The notes under the pieces were generated by a model. It was not told the DNA's origin, searched no databases, and saw only the letters and a list, made by a program, of their open reading frames with translations. Below, in pieces: positions 1 through 8,022 of a DNA stretch of 20,764 nt. Origin of the DNA: Deltaproteobacteria bacterium (GTDB taxonomy: Bacteria > SAR324 > NAC60-12); assembly GCA_038150265.1 (NCBI GenBank), contig JAYOTF010000045.1, forward strand, positions 1-20,764. Reading direction: 5' to 3'. The translations under genes were made by a program, and so were the position numbers. The first letter of the stretch is position 1. The number at the start of each line of letters is the position of its first letter.

Positions 1-2847
1 AAGCCTTCTGTTCCGACCCTCTTCTGGCTCAAGCCGGCCTTGAAGAACGTCCACCCCGACCGTCCCTCCTCCTGGGCTCAGGCCCATGAGGTCCTTCAGG
101 AGCGCCTGCACGCCTTTCAGGAGCACCTTCCGCTGTCACCGGCTCCCGCTGACTCTCCAGATCCCCGGGCCGATGGCCTCCGGGAGACCCTCTTGAATGT
201 GGAGGAGCTGGAGGACCTGGTGGCATGGCGGGTGTACCTGGAGTGGGAGCTTGCGCAGGGCCTCTGCACACTGGGGCCCGATCAGGAGGGCGCCGTGGCG
301 CAGTTGCCTCGGCCTCAAAACGCCTGGCGGCTGCTGCGCGACCTGGCGTTGAGTCCGGAGGCCCCCCAGAAGGAGGTGCTGCTGCAGGCACGCCTCGACG
401 GGGCCTTTCTGCCCCTGAAGGTTCTGGTTGACGCCCTCCCGCCTCAGCGACGGACCATCCGGCAGATCCTGCGACCCCTCCGGAGGCTGGAGGAGCAACC
501 GGAGGCTTTTGTCAAGGGGCTGGTCTCGCTGGTCCGAGGAGGGGTGGTCAAGCGTCGCATTTCGCCCGCTCTGCTGCGCGAGGTTCCGGACCCCTTGCAC
601 TCGCTGCTCCTCATCCAGAAGCACCGCACGCACCTGCTGGCCCCACCGCTTCTGGAGCAACTGGAAGCCGCCCCGCACCAGTTTCCTCGCACTCCGGAGT
701 GGAAGGCCTTGAAGGAGAACCGGGCTCGGGCTCTGGCTGAGCTGGAGCAGGGCACCCTGACGGCCCAGGCGTGGACCCAGTGGATGAAGCATGAGGAGGA
801 CTTTCAGGCCCATCTGCCGGTGATCCTCCAGAAGCTGCTCAACCTGCGCCCACCGTTTCACCTCACGATCCATCCCAAGGTGTGCCGGGCTCTGGAGCGC
901 TGGCAGACGGAGCTGCCGATCTGGGCCCTGCTGTTTCTGGATGCCCCCAGGGCCAATCGGCTGATGTGGCTGCAGGCCTTCCCGCGCACTGCGGATCCCA
1001 GGCAGCTGCCTCAGGTGGTGCTCAAGGAGCTGCAGGAGCCTCTGGAGAGCCAACGCTCCTCCCTGGACGCCACCCCTTCGGAACCGCGTTTGGTACAGGA
1101 GCTGACGAAGGTGCACCGCTGGGTCCAGGGGCTCCAGCAAGCAGGGCTGCTGCACCAGGTCCTGAGCCCTGAGTGGCTGAGGAAAGCCCTGAGCCTCCCT
1201 CAGCTCTTTTCGGCAGGGCTGCGCTACCTGGAGCCACGGACGCTGGTGAGCCTTCCGGAGGTGCCTCGGGACCAGCGTGAGGAGTTCCTGCTGTGGACCC
1301 TGCGAGGACGTCCTGAAGAGGAGCCGCTGCTTCAGGGGGTTCTTCAGGAAATCACTCCGGCCCGTGTCCGGGAGTGGCTGGAGCCCTGGCGTCGGCGTCG
1401 GCTGCAACGGGGAGGTCCGGAACATGTTCGGCTCCTGGTGCAGATGTGGCAAGTGGTCCGCCAGGAGAAGGGGCCTTCCTCGAAAAGCTGGCAGGAGGAC
1501 CTGAGCGCGATGTCGCCTCAGGAGCTTCGGGCGGTCAAGGACCAGCTGGGCGCCTCGGCGCTGAAGCCTCGGGAGTGGCAGCACCTGGTGCAGCAGCCCT
1601 GGTTCTGGAAGGAGCCCTCCCTCCAGGATGACCTGCGGCACTTCCCGTTTCGGAGTTGGAAGGCTCGGGGGCAGGAGCTCCCGGCGTCAATGCGGGCGCT
1701 GGCAGAGCAGGATCCCACGTTTCTGGACTGGGTGGTGACGCGTGCTCCGGAAGCCTTTCAGGACCTCTTCCTCCAGCAGCATCCGTGGTGGGAGTTGCTT
1801 CCGATGGTGATCCATCGGGCGCTGGTGGCTCGGGCGTTTTCCTCCCACGTTCAGCCCGAACAGATTCCTCAGGCTCTGGAGTTTCTGCAGGCCCACTATG
1901 GGCCCAATCAACGAGCCGCCCTCGAGCTGGCTCTGCACTTTGGCCTTCACCATGCGCCGTTTCTGCTGGGGGTGGCCTCTGGACTTTCGCTGGGACGAGA
2001 GGAGGACCTGAAGGGGAACGAGTGCGATGCCTGGTACCAAACGCATGAGTTGCCCAAGCGCTCGGGAGGCGTCCGGGTGATCACCGCCCCCCAGGCCCCT
2101 CTGAAGCACTTTCAACGCGCCGTGCTGGACCGGGAGCTCAACCAGTGGGACCTGCATGAGGCGGCCACAGGGTTCCGCAAGGGCATGGGGATTGTGGAGA
2201 ACGCCCAACGGCACTGTGGGCATCGTCTGGTCGTCAATGTGGACATCCAGGGGTTCTTTCCAAACACCCGCCTGGTTCAGGTTCTGCGGGTGCTCACCCA
2301 GCGCCTCCGGGGGCGTTTTCAGCCTCGAGCCATCCGGCTTCTGGCGGTGCTGCTCAGCTACAATGGCGCCCTGCCCACAGGCGCTCCCACCAGTCCGGCC
2401 CTGGCCAACCAGATCCTCCGTCCGGTCGATGCCGCCCTGGCCACAGTGGCTCACCGCCAGGGGGTGGTCTACACCCGTTATGCCGATGACCTGACCTTCT
2501 CGGCCAATCATTCGGGAGCCATGAAGCTGCTGCCGTTTGTGGAAGAGGTGCTGGCCGGGCAGGGGTACGTGCTGGATCCGAAAAAGACGAACTTCTTCCG
2601 CAAGGGGCGGCGCCAGAGTGTGACCGGGCTGGTGGTCAATGAAAAACCCAATTGGCCCAAACCCCTCAGGCGCCGCCTCCGGGCAGCCGTTCACCGGCGG
2701 GTGCAGACTGAGGAAGCCGCGCTGTGGCATGGGCGTCCCGTGAGGGATGATCAGCTGCTGGGGCTGGTGGACTTCCTGGCCCAGACGCAGCCGGAAGAAG
2801 CCGCAGCCCTCCGGGCTCAGCTCCAGACGAGGGGAGTGGGGAAATGA
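1..2847 (+). CDS. Retron-type reverse transcriptase with a very long (>660 aa) uncharacterised N-terminal region; probably 5'-partial
   Basis: The C-terminal ~270 aa carry RT motifs in order: YxxxxLPKRSGGxRxIxAP, HEAATGF, NAQRH (2200-2214, retron NAxxH), VDIQGFFP, LPTGAPTSPALAN, YTRYADDLTFS (YADD 2479-2490) and QSVTGLVVN (VTG 2620-2628). The frame is open from base 1 and the TTG at 40 has no clear RBS, so the true start may lie upstream of the window. Confidence 0.9.
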   Translation, partial: KPSVPTLFWLKPALKNVHPDRPSSWAQAHEVLQERLHAFQEHLPLSPAPADSPDPRADGLRETLLNVEELEDLVAWRVYLEWELAQGLCTLGPDQEGAVAQLPRPQNAWRLLRDLALSPEAPQKEVLLQARLDGAFLPLKVLVDALPPQRRTIRQILRPLRRLEEQPEAFVKGLVSLVRGGVVKRRISPALLREVPDPLHSLLLIQKHRTHLLAPPLLEQLEAAPHQFPRTPEWKALKENRARALAELEQGTLTAQAWTQWMKHEEDFQAHLPVILQKLLNLRPPFHLTIHPKVCRALERWQTELPIWALLFLDAPRANRLMWLQAFPRTADPRQLPQVVLKELQEPLESQRSSLDATPSEPRLVQELTKVHRWVQGLQQAGLLHQVLSPEWLRKALSLPQLFSAGLRYLEPRTLVSLPEVPRDQREEFLLWTLRGRPEEEPLLQGVLQEITPARVREWLEPWRRRRLQRGGPEHVRLLVQMWQVVRQEKGPSSKSWQEDLSAMSPQELRAVKDQLGASALKPREWQHLVQQPWFWKEPSLQDDLRHFPFRSWKARGQELPASMRALAEQDPTFLDWVVTRAPEAFQDLFLQQHPWWELLPMVIHRALVARAFSSHVQPEQIPQALEFLQAHYGPNQRAALELALHFGLHHAPFLLGVASGLSLGREEDLKGNECDAWYQTHELPKRSGGVRVITAPQAPLKHFQRAVLDRELNQWDLHEAATGFRKGMGIVENAQRHCGHRLVVNVDIQGFFPNTRLVQVLRVLTQRLRGRFQPRAIRLLAVLLSYNGALPTGAPTSPALANQILRPVDAALATVAHRQGVVYTRYADDLTFSANHSGAMKLLPFVEEVLAGQGYVLDPKKTNFFRKGRRQSVTGLVVNEKPNWPKPLRRRLRAAVHRRVQTEEAALWHGRPVRDDQLLGLVDFLAQTQPEEAAALRAQLQTRGVGK

Positions 2848-3620
2848 AAAGGGTTTGGCCGGGCAATGCGGCCCACATGAGCGAGGTGGCTTCCGGAGCC
2901 GCCCACCTGGTCTTCACGAGCCCTCCTTACTGGGGGCCTGAGTCGGAAGCGGCGCTGCAGGCGCCTCGGAAGCAGCAGGTGGCCTGGGAAGCCGTGGGAG
3001 CCCAGCTTCGCGCCTTCACGGAGTCCCTCAAGCCGGTGGTTCAGGAGGTGTCCCGGATTTTGGCGCCGCAGGGCGCAGTGGTCTGGCAAATCAAGGACCT
3101 CCGGTTTGGTGAGGCGCTGATTCCCCTGAGTGACTGGCACAGCGCGTTGCTTCAGGCCCAGGGGCTTCGCCTGATGGGGCGGCTCGCGTGGCTCCCGGTG
3201 CGGGTGCGTCCCCAGCTGCTCCCGACGTTTCTCCGGCACCCGGAACGCTCCCGCTGGCATCCGCTGGATCCGGAGTACTTCCTGATCTTTGCCACCGAAC
3301 AGGGGCTGGCGCCCTCCACGCTTCCGGAAGCCTGGGTGCAGGAGCTGGAGGAGGAAGCCCGGCTGGTGGAGTGGGTGCAGCCCCTGTGGCGCCTGGCCCG
3401 TGGGTTTCACCGCAACACCCACCCGCATGCCACCCCACCGGCCCCCGCCCGGCGCCTGCTGAAGCTGCTTTCTGATCCCGGAGACCTCGTCGTGGACCCC
3501 TTTGCCGGAGGCGGGACGATCTTGCGGGAGGCGCGTTTGCTGGGGCGCCGGGTGCTGGGGTATGAGGTCAACCCCCACTATGCTGAAGTGGCCCAGCAGG
3601 CCCTGAACCCTTTGCCGTGA
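2844..3620 (+). CDS. Beta-class N4-cytosine/N6-adenine DNA methyltransferase-like protein
   Basis: N-terminal catalytic motif IV (LVFTSPPYW), then RILAPQGAV; C-terminal SAM-binding motif I (SDPGDLVVDPFAGGGT) followed by GRRVLGYEVNPHY. ATGA overlap with the RT stop; GAGGGGAG upstream. Confidence 0.88.
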   Translation: MKRVWPGNAAHMSEVASGAAHLVFTSPPYWGPESEAALQAPRKQQVAWEAVGAQLRAFTESLKPVVQEVSRILAPQGAVVWQIKDLRFGEALIPLSDWHSALLQAQGLRLMGRLAWLPVRVRPQLLPTFLRHPERSRWHPLDPEYFLIFATEQGLAPSTLPEAWVQELEEEARLVEWVQPLWRLARGFHRNTHPHATPPAPARRLLKLLSDPGDLVVDPFAGGGTILREARLLGRRVLGYEVNPHYAEVAQQALNPLP

Positions 3621-3626
3621 ACCGTC

Positions 3627-4562
3627 ATGTCCCCTCAAGATCCGAATCGTGTCACCCGAGGCGCCCTTCCGCTGCTGTTTTACACCTTCCTCCAGCACCC
3701 GGAGGCTTCTGTGCGCCAGCAGGTTCAGCAGCACCTGGACGCCTGGGTGGAGGAGGGCACCCCTCATTTTTCGGCAGAGGCGGTGGAACAGGTGCTGCAG
3801 GCTGCTTCCGGAACCCCGCTGGAGCCCTTTCGGCTGGATCCGGACAACCGCAAGGTGGCCACCTGGCTGGTCCGCATCGCCTTTTCCAAACGGTACCGCC
3901 AGACCCGGGTTGTGATCAACAGCACCTTCAATCCGCAGAACAAAGGCGGGCTGGTGGTCACGAAAGACCTGAAGGCCTTTTTTGTGGAGCGCCTGCGCTT
4001 TGTCCGGAAGAGGCGGCGGAAGGTGCCCCCGGCGGCATGGGCCTTTCATCCGGGGCGATGCCCAGACCCTGATGACGTCCCGAAGCCGCTGGAGGCCGTT
4101 GGGTTGGTCGGCGAGCGGGGCTACGAGGCACAGCTGGACATTCCGCTGTGGCTCCAAACGGCCTGGGGCTCGTCCCTGTTTGCGCGGCGGCCGAGCCGTC
4201 CGATCCTCCTGGCGACGAACTCCCGGTTGCATCACGGGCAGTCGCTCGTGGATGAAGGCATCGGCGTTTCGACAAAGGGCCGGACGCTGTCGCTGGTGCT
4301 GGAGCGTCCGGAGCAGGTGCTGCGGCTGGGACCCCGCCTGCTTTCCAAAGGACTGAAGCTGATCCTCACAACGGGGGAGCAGGAAGCAGCGCACGTGGAG
4401 TTGGACTGGAAGGTCTCTGGGACAACGCCGTTGATGCTCAAGGCGCTTCCTCGCATCAAGCGAACGGACCTGAACCACTGGTGTGACGTGGGCCCCCTGA
4501 AGGGCCCGTTACTGCCTCCTCCCCTGAAGGAGCAGATCACCCAGTGGATCGTACTGCCATGA
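3627..4562 (+). CDS. Hypothetical protein (311 aa) within the RT cassette
   Basis: ATG 6 nt after the MTase stop, co-directional, protein-like composition; no family recognised. Confidence 0.7.
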   Translation: MSPQDPNRVTRGALPLLFYTFLQHPEASVRQQVQQHLDAWVEEGTPHFSAEAVEQVLQAASGTPLEPFRLDPDNRKVATWLVRIAFSKRYRQTRVVINSTFNPQNKGGLVVTKDLKAFFVERLRFVRKRRRKVPPAAWAFHPGRCPDPDDVPKPLEAVGLVGERGYEAQLDIPLWLQTAWGSSLFARRPSRPILLATNSRLHHGQSLVDEGIGVSTKGRTLSLVLERPEQVLRLGPRLLSKGLKLILTTGEQEAAHVELDWKVSGTTPLMLKALPRIKRTDLNHWCDVGPLKGPLLPPPLKEQITQWIVLP

Positions 4563-4587
4563 CACTCTTACCCGGAGGGATCCTTCC

Positions 4588-6228
4588 ATGACTGTGACGC
4601 TTCCTCTCATGCTGACCTCCCTGCGACGCCTTTTGCCGGTTCATTCGGAGGAGGTCCCGGTTGCAGAGGCGGTTCTGTTTCAAGAACTGGTGGAGCAGGT
4701 AGTGCTGGACACACAGGTGCCGGAAGCCCAGGTCCACGGCTCCCTGGAGTTCCTGCAGCACCTGTGGCACGCGTTGGGGCTGCTCGACCCGTTTGCCCTT
4801 GGGCAGGGGCGGTGGCAGTTTGTGAGCTTTCCAGCCTCGCTGATGGCCCGCTCCCTCCTGGAGAGCCTGGCCCAGGAGCAGCCGGAGCTGCTGGGTCCCG
4901 GGTTCTGGCTTCCCGGACCCAATGAAGACACGCAGCGGAAGTGGCTCGCTGAAGCCGAGACGCAGCGCCAGAACCAGCTCCGGGAAGCGGCCCGCCCCAT
5001 CCGTCAGGTGCATGTGGCTTGGGGGCTGATTCGGCTTCAGGGGCGGATCCTGGTCAACCACCGTGAAGACACGCCTCGGCCCGGACGTCCGAATTACGTC
5101 CTGATTGGAGGGAAGCTCAACCTGCATGACCTGGGGGGAAGCTCCGCGCTGTCTCCCGAAGCCCTGGTGCGCCTTCAGCAGGCTCCTCCGGGAGAGCTGG
5201 TGCAGCAGGGGCTGTTCCTGACCCTGGAGCGGGAGCTGCGTGAAGAGCTGGGACTGCTGACCCAGCATTACGAGGCCCGTCGGTTTCATCGGCTTGAAAA
5301 ACCGTACCTCGAGATTGAAGGGTCCCGGGCCAACCATGCGCTGACGCGGTATGACATCTCCTGCTTTGAAGTCCACCTGAACGCGTCCGGGTTTCAGCGT
5401 CTCTGCCAAACCATGCAGGAGACCCCAGACGGGCAGCTGCTCTGGATGACCCCGGAGGAGGTGGCCCGAGGGACGCAGGCTGACCATCGGGTGTACATCC
5501 AGGCGTGGCTGGAAGAGGCGGGCTCCTCCGAGAAGCTGCTCCGGAAGCTCCAGACCCTGCCGGAGTCGTTTGTGGACCCACCCCTGTTTGCGGAAGGGGT
5601 TGACGTCCCGGTCAGTCCGGAGGCGGCTTTTCTGGTGGGAGAAACCGGGAAGGAGCAGAAGGTGTTTGTGGAGTTGACGGATGCTGAGCGCTGGCTGCTG
5701 GTCGGCATGGCGTGGCAGGCGCTGCATGGCACGCTTCAGGGCCCGCAGGGCGTCCATCTGCACCCGTTGGGCTGGATGGAATTCCGGGAGGCGGCCCTGC
5801 TGGAGCGCGTCCGGACGCTGCAACAGACGCTGGAGGCCCACGGGCTGCCGCTGCTGCAAGGTCGGGATTCCGGATGGTTCCGGGTGTCGGTGGCCCCCGA
5901 GAAGCTGTACCTGGCTGAGGAGTTCTTTGAGGTGCAGGCGGTGTTTGCCGAGTCCGGACGCCATGAGGTCCACCTGACGGTTCCGGAGACGGAAACCCCC
6001 GTGGGCACCCTGCCCGCCACGCGGTTTGTTCAGAAGGTGTCCGAGAAGGTCTTTCAGCTGGTGCGGGCCAGCCTGCGAGAGGAGCCGGTGTCGGTGGAGA
6101 TGGATGACCCGAAGCGGAGCCTCCGGGCCGAAGTCAATGCGCCCGCACGGAAGTGGGGCCTCCGCATTGTGTTCCGCTCGCAGAAGAAGGGGACGGAGTT
6201 CCGGACCGACTGCCTTCCTGTGGGCTGA
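4588..6228 (+). CDS. Multi-domain Nudix hydrolase-family protein
   Basis: VAWGLIRLQGRILVNHRE strand pattern, then YVLIGGK...TLERELREELGL (Nudix box REUxEExGU, split by an insertion). GGAGG RBS upstream; extra N- and C-terminal domains. Confidence 0.78.
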   Translation: MTVTLPLMLTSLRRLLPVHSEEVPVAEAVLFQELVEQVVLDTQVPEAQVHGSLEFLQHLWHALGLLDPFALGQGRWQFVSFPASLMARSLLESLAQEQPELLGPGFWLPGPNEDTQRKWLAEAETQRQNQLREAARPIRQVHVAWGLIRLQGRILVNHREDTPRPGRPNYVLIGGKLNLHDLGGSSALSPEALVRLQQAPPGELVQQGLFLTLERELREELGLLTQHYEARRFHRLEKPYLEIEGSRANHALTRYDISCFEVHLNASGFQRLCQTMQETPDGQLLWMTPEEVARGTQADHRVYIQAWLEEAGSSEKLLRKLQTLPESFVDPPLFAEGVDVPVSPEAAFLVGETGKEQKVFVELTDAERWLLVGMAWQALHGTLQGPQGVHLHPLGWMEFREAALLERVRTLQQTLEAHGLPLLQGRDSGWFRVSVAPEKLYLAEEFFEVQAVFAESGRHEVHLTVPETETPVGTLPATRFVQKVSEKVFQLVRASLREEPVSVEMDDPKRSLRAEVNAPARKWGLRIVFRSQKKGTEFRTDCLPVG

Positions 6229-6235
6229 GGGTCTC

Positions 6236-7243
6236 TTACCAGAAGTACCCCACCCAGCTCACGGTCAGCCGCTGAGTCGCCGGAACATTTTCGCCACGGG
6301 TGGGGGTGGTCGCCTGAAGGAGGACCTGCCAGGGTGCTTCCTGAGGCGCGGCTTCGAGGTCGGAGAGGGTGCCGAGTCCCACCTCCAGGGTCAGCTCCTG
6401 CAGCACCCGGGGACTGAACTGCTGCCCTCCGAGGGTCGCTGGTTGCTGCTGCAGGTGGTGCCAGTTGAAACCGTAGTGCCAGTTGTCCTGCTCCCAGCTC
6501 CAGCCATACTCCGCTTCAGCCTGATTTCCGGGCGCATACAGCACCTTGTCGCCTGCCAGGTTCTGACGGGTGCCTGCCAGCTGATTGGTCAGCGAGACGC
6601 TGAGGACGTTCCGCCAGCCCGGTGTGGTGGGCATCCAGTGGTTCTGCAAGAAGCCCGTGAGGGCGCCCTGTCCCGAGCCCAGGGTGTGCCCGTAGAGGCC
6701 TCGGGCGGTGTCGGAGGCGCCAGTGGGAAGAGTGGCCACCAATCCCCCAAACAGCACCCGGTTGAGGCCGAGGGAAAGCTCGTGCCGCAGGAACAGGCGG
6801 GCGTCTCCAACGCCGGAAAGCGTTTCGCTGGGGGTGGCTTCCTGAACCCATTCGGCAGACTGCTGCAGCGTGGCGTCTCCGGTGGTGACCGACAAATCCG
6901 CCTGTTGCGTACTCTGGACCAGCGGCACCTTCAGGCCCCAGGCGGTGCGGTCACTCAGGGCCTGGTCGTAGCGCACCTGCAGCTCGGTCCGGGATCGTGA
7001 GACCGAGCCCTCCAGCAGCGCGGCCACCTCTGGGTCACCAGACAGCAGGACCGGCCAGCGCCTGCGGTTTCCTCCAGCGTCAAAGGCTTCCTCACTGGTG
7101 GGCTCATGCAGCACACGCAGGTGCCACTGGGTTCGCCCCTCGGGAAGGCGGTCAAAGCGCTCAAGCGCGTGTCCCACGGAGGGAAGCAGGAAGAGCGCCG
7201 CCAGGCTGGCGCCCAGCAGGCGTTTGGGAAACACAGCCATCAT
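6236..7243 (-). CDS. Exported, probable outer-membrane beta-barrel protein (Phenol_MetA_deg/'transporter'-like)
   Basis: Signal peptide (KRLLGASLAALFLLPSVGHA), SGVGD and LPTG...LGSG motifs, amphipathic strands, C-terminal aromatic residues (YFW). Start overlaps the maf stop. Confidence 0.6.
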   Translation of the reverse strand: MMAVFPKRLLGASLAALFLLPSVGHALERFDRLPEGRTQWHLRVLHEPTSEEAFDAGGNRRRWPVLLSGDPEVAALLEGSVSRSRTELQVRYDQALSDRTAWGLKVPLVQSTQQADLSVTTGDATLQQSAEWVQEATPSETLSGVGDARLFLRHELSLGLNRVLFGGLVATLPTGASDTARGLYGHTLGSGQGALTGFLQNHWMPTTPGWRNVLSVSLTNQLAGTRQNLAGDKVLYAPGNQAEAEYGWSWEQDNWHYGFNWHHLQQQPATLGGQQFSPRVLQELTLEVGLGTLSDLEAAPQEAPWQVLLQATTPTRGENVPATQRLTVSWVGYFW

Positions 7244-7836
7244 CGAGGCGCTCCAAAGGAGATCCAGCCCTTTCCTGCCATTTCATGAAGAATCCGTTCA
7301 ATGGGAAACCCGACCACGTTGTTGTAGGAGCCTTCAATGCGGTCCACGAGCGCGGTTCCGAGTCCCTGAATGGAGTAGGCCCCTGCCTTGTCATCGCCTT
7401 CTCCGGTGGCGAGGTACCAGTCGATGACCTCCGTGGGCAGTGGCAGGAAGCGGACGTGGGTGCTCTCAACGCCTTCAATCCAGTCGTTCTCGGCAGGGCG
7501 TCCCACGATGTAGGCGGATTGGACCTCATGCCAGCTGTTTTCCAGCAACTCCAGCATCATCCGGGCGTGTTCGCGATCGGTGGGCTTGCCGAGCAGCTCA
7601 TTCTTGATGAGCACCACGGTGTCGCCGGCCAGCACCACGGCTTCCGGATCGGAAGGCTGCACCGCCTCGGCCTTCTCCCGCGTGACCCGGCGGATGAAGT
7701 CGGCAAGGGCCTCTCCGGGAAGGCGACGCTCATCAACATCAGGGCTCTTGGTCTCAAAATCGAGGCCGTAGCGGTGGAGGAATTCCTTGCGTCGGGGCGA
7801 GGAGGAGGCCAGGCAAATGGGGTGGTGCTGCTGCAT
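7240..7836 (-). CDS. maf: Maf-family nucleoside triphosphate pyrophosphatase
   Basis: LASSSPRR, DVDE, VLAGDTVV...LGKP, DKAGAYSIQG and IEGSYNNVVGFP motifs. Start taken at ATG 7836 (alternative 7896). Confidence 0.92.
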   Translation of the reverse strand: MQQHHPICLASSSPRRKEFLHRYGLDFETKSPDVDERRLPGEALADFIRRVTREKAEAVQPSDPEAVVLAGDTVVLIKNELLGKPTDREHARMMLELLENSWHEVQSAYIVGRPAENDWIEGVESTHVRFLPLPTEVIDWYLATGEGDDKAGAYSIQGLGTALVDRIEGSYNNVVGFPIERILHEMAGKGWISFGAPR

Positions 7837-8022
7837 GAGGACGTTGCGGACCAGGTCGTGAATCAGGGACAGGGTGGAGGAATGCGTCAAGCCCATCACT
7901 ATGAGCGAAGGGAAGGGAACGCTCAAGTCCGGAACTGCTGCAAATGGCTTGAGGGCTGAAACGAAGCATGCGAGCATTTGGGCAACCTGTTGAACCCTTG
8001 TTCCTTCCTGGTGAGGCACCCC

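Noticed and set aside
1..2847. RT as a group II intron, DGR or CRISPR-associated RT
   Set aside because: NAxxH and VTG retron motifs are present; no maturase domain, intron domain V, template/variable repeat pair, cas1 or CRISPR array is seen.
136..5973. Long minus-strand ORFs (136-1641, 1687-2730, 2817-4478, 4537-5973)
   Set aside because: Antisense shadows of the + strand genes, common in GC-rich DNA; no recognisable motifs.
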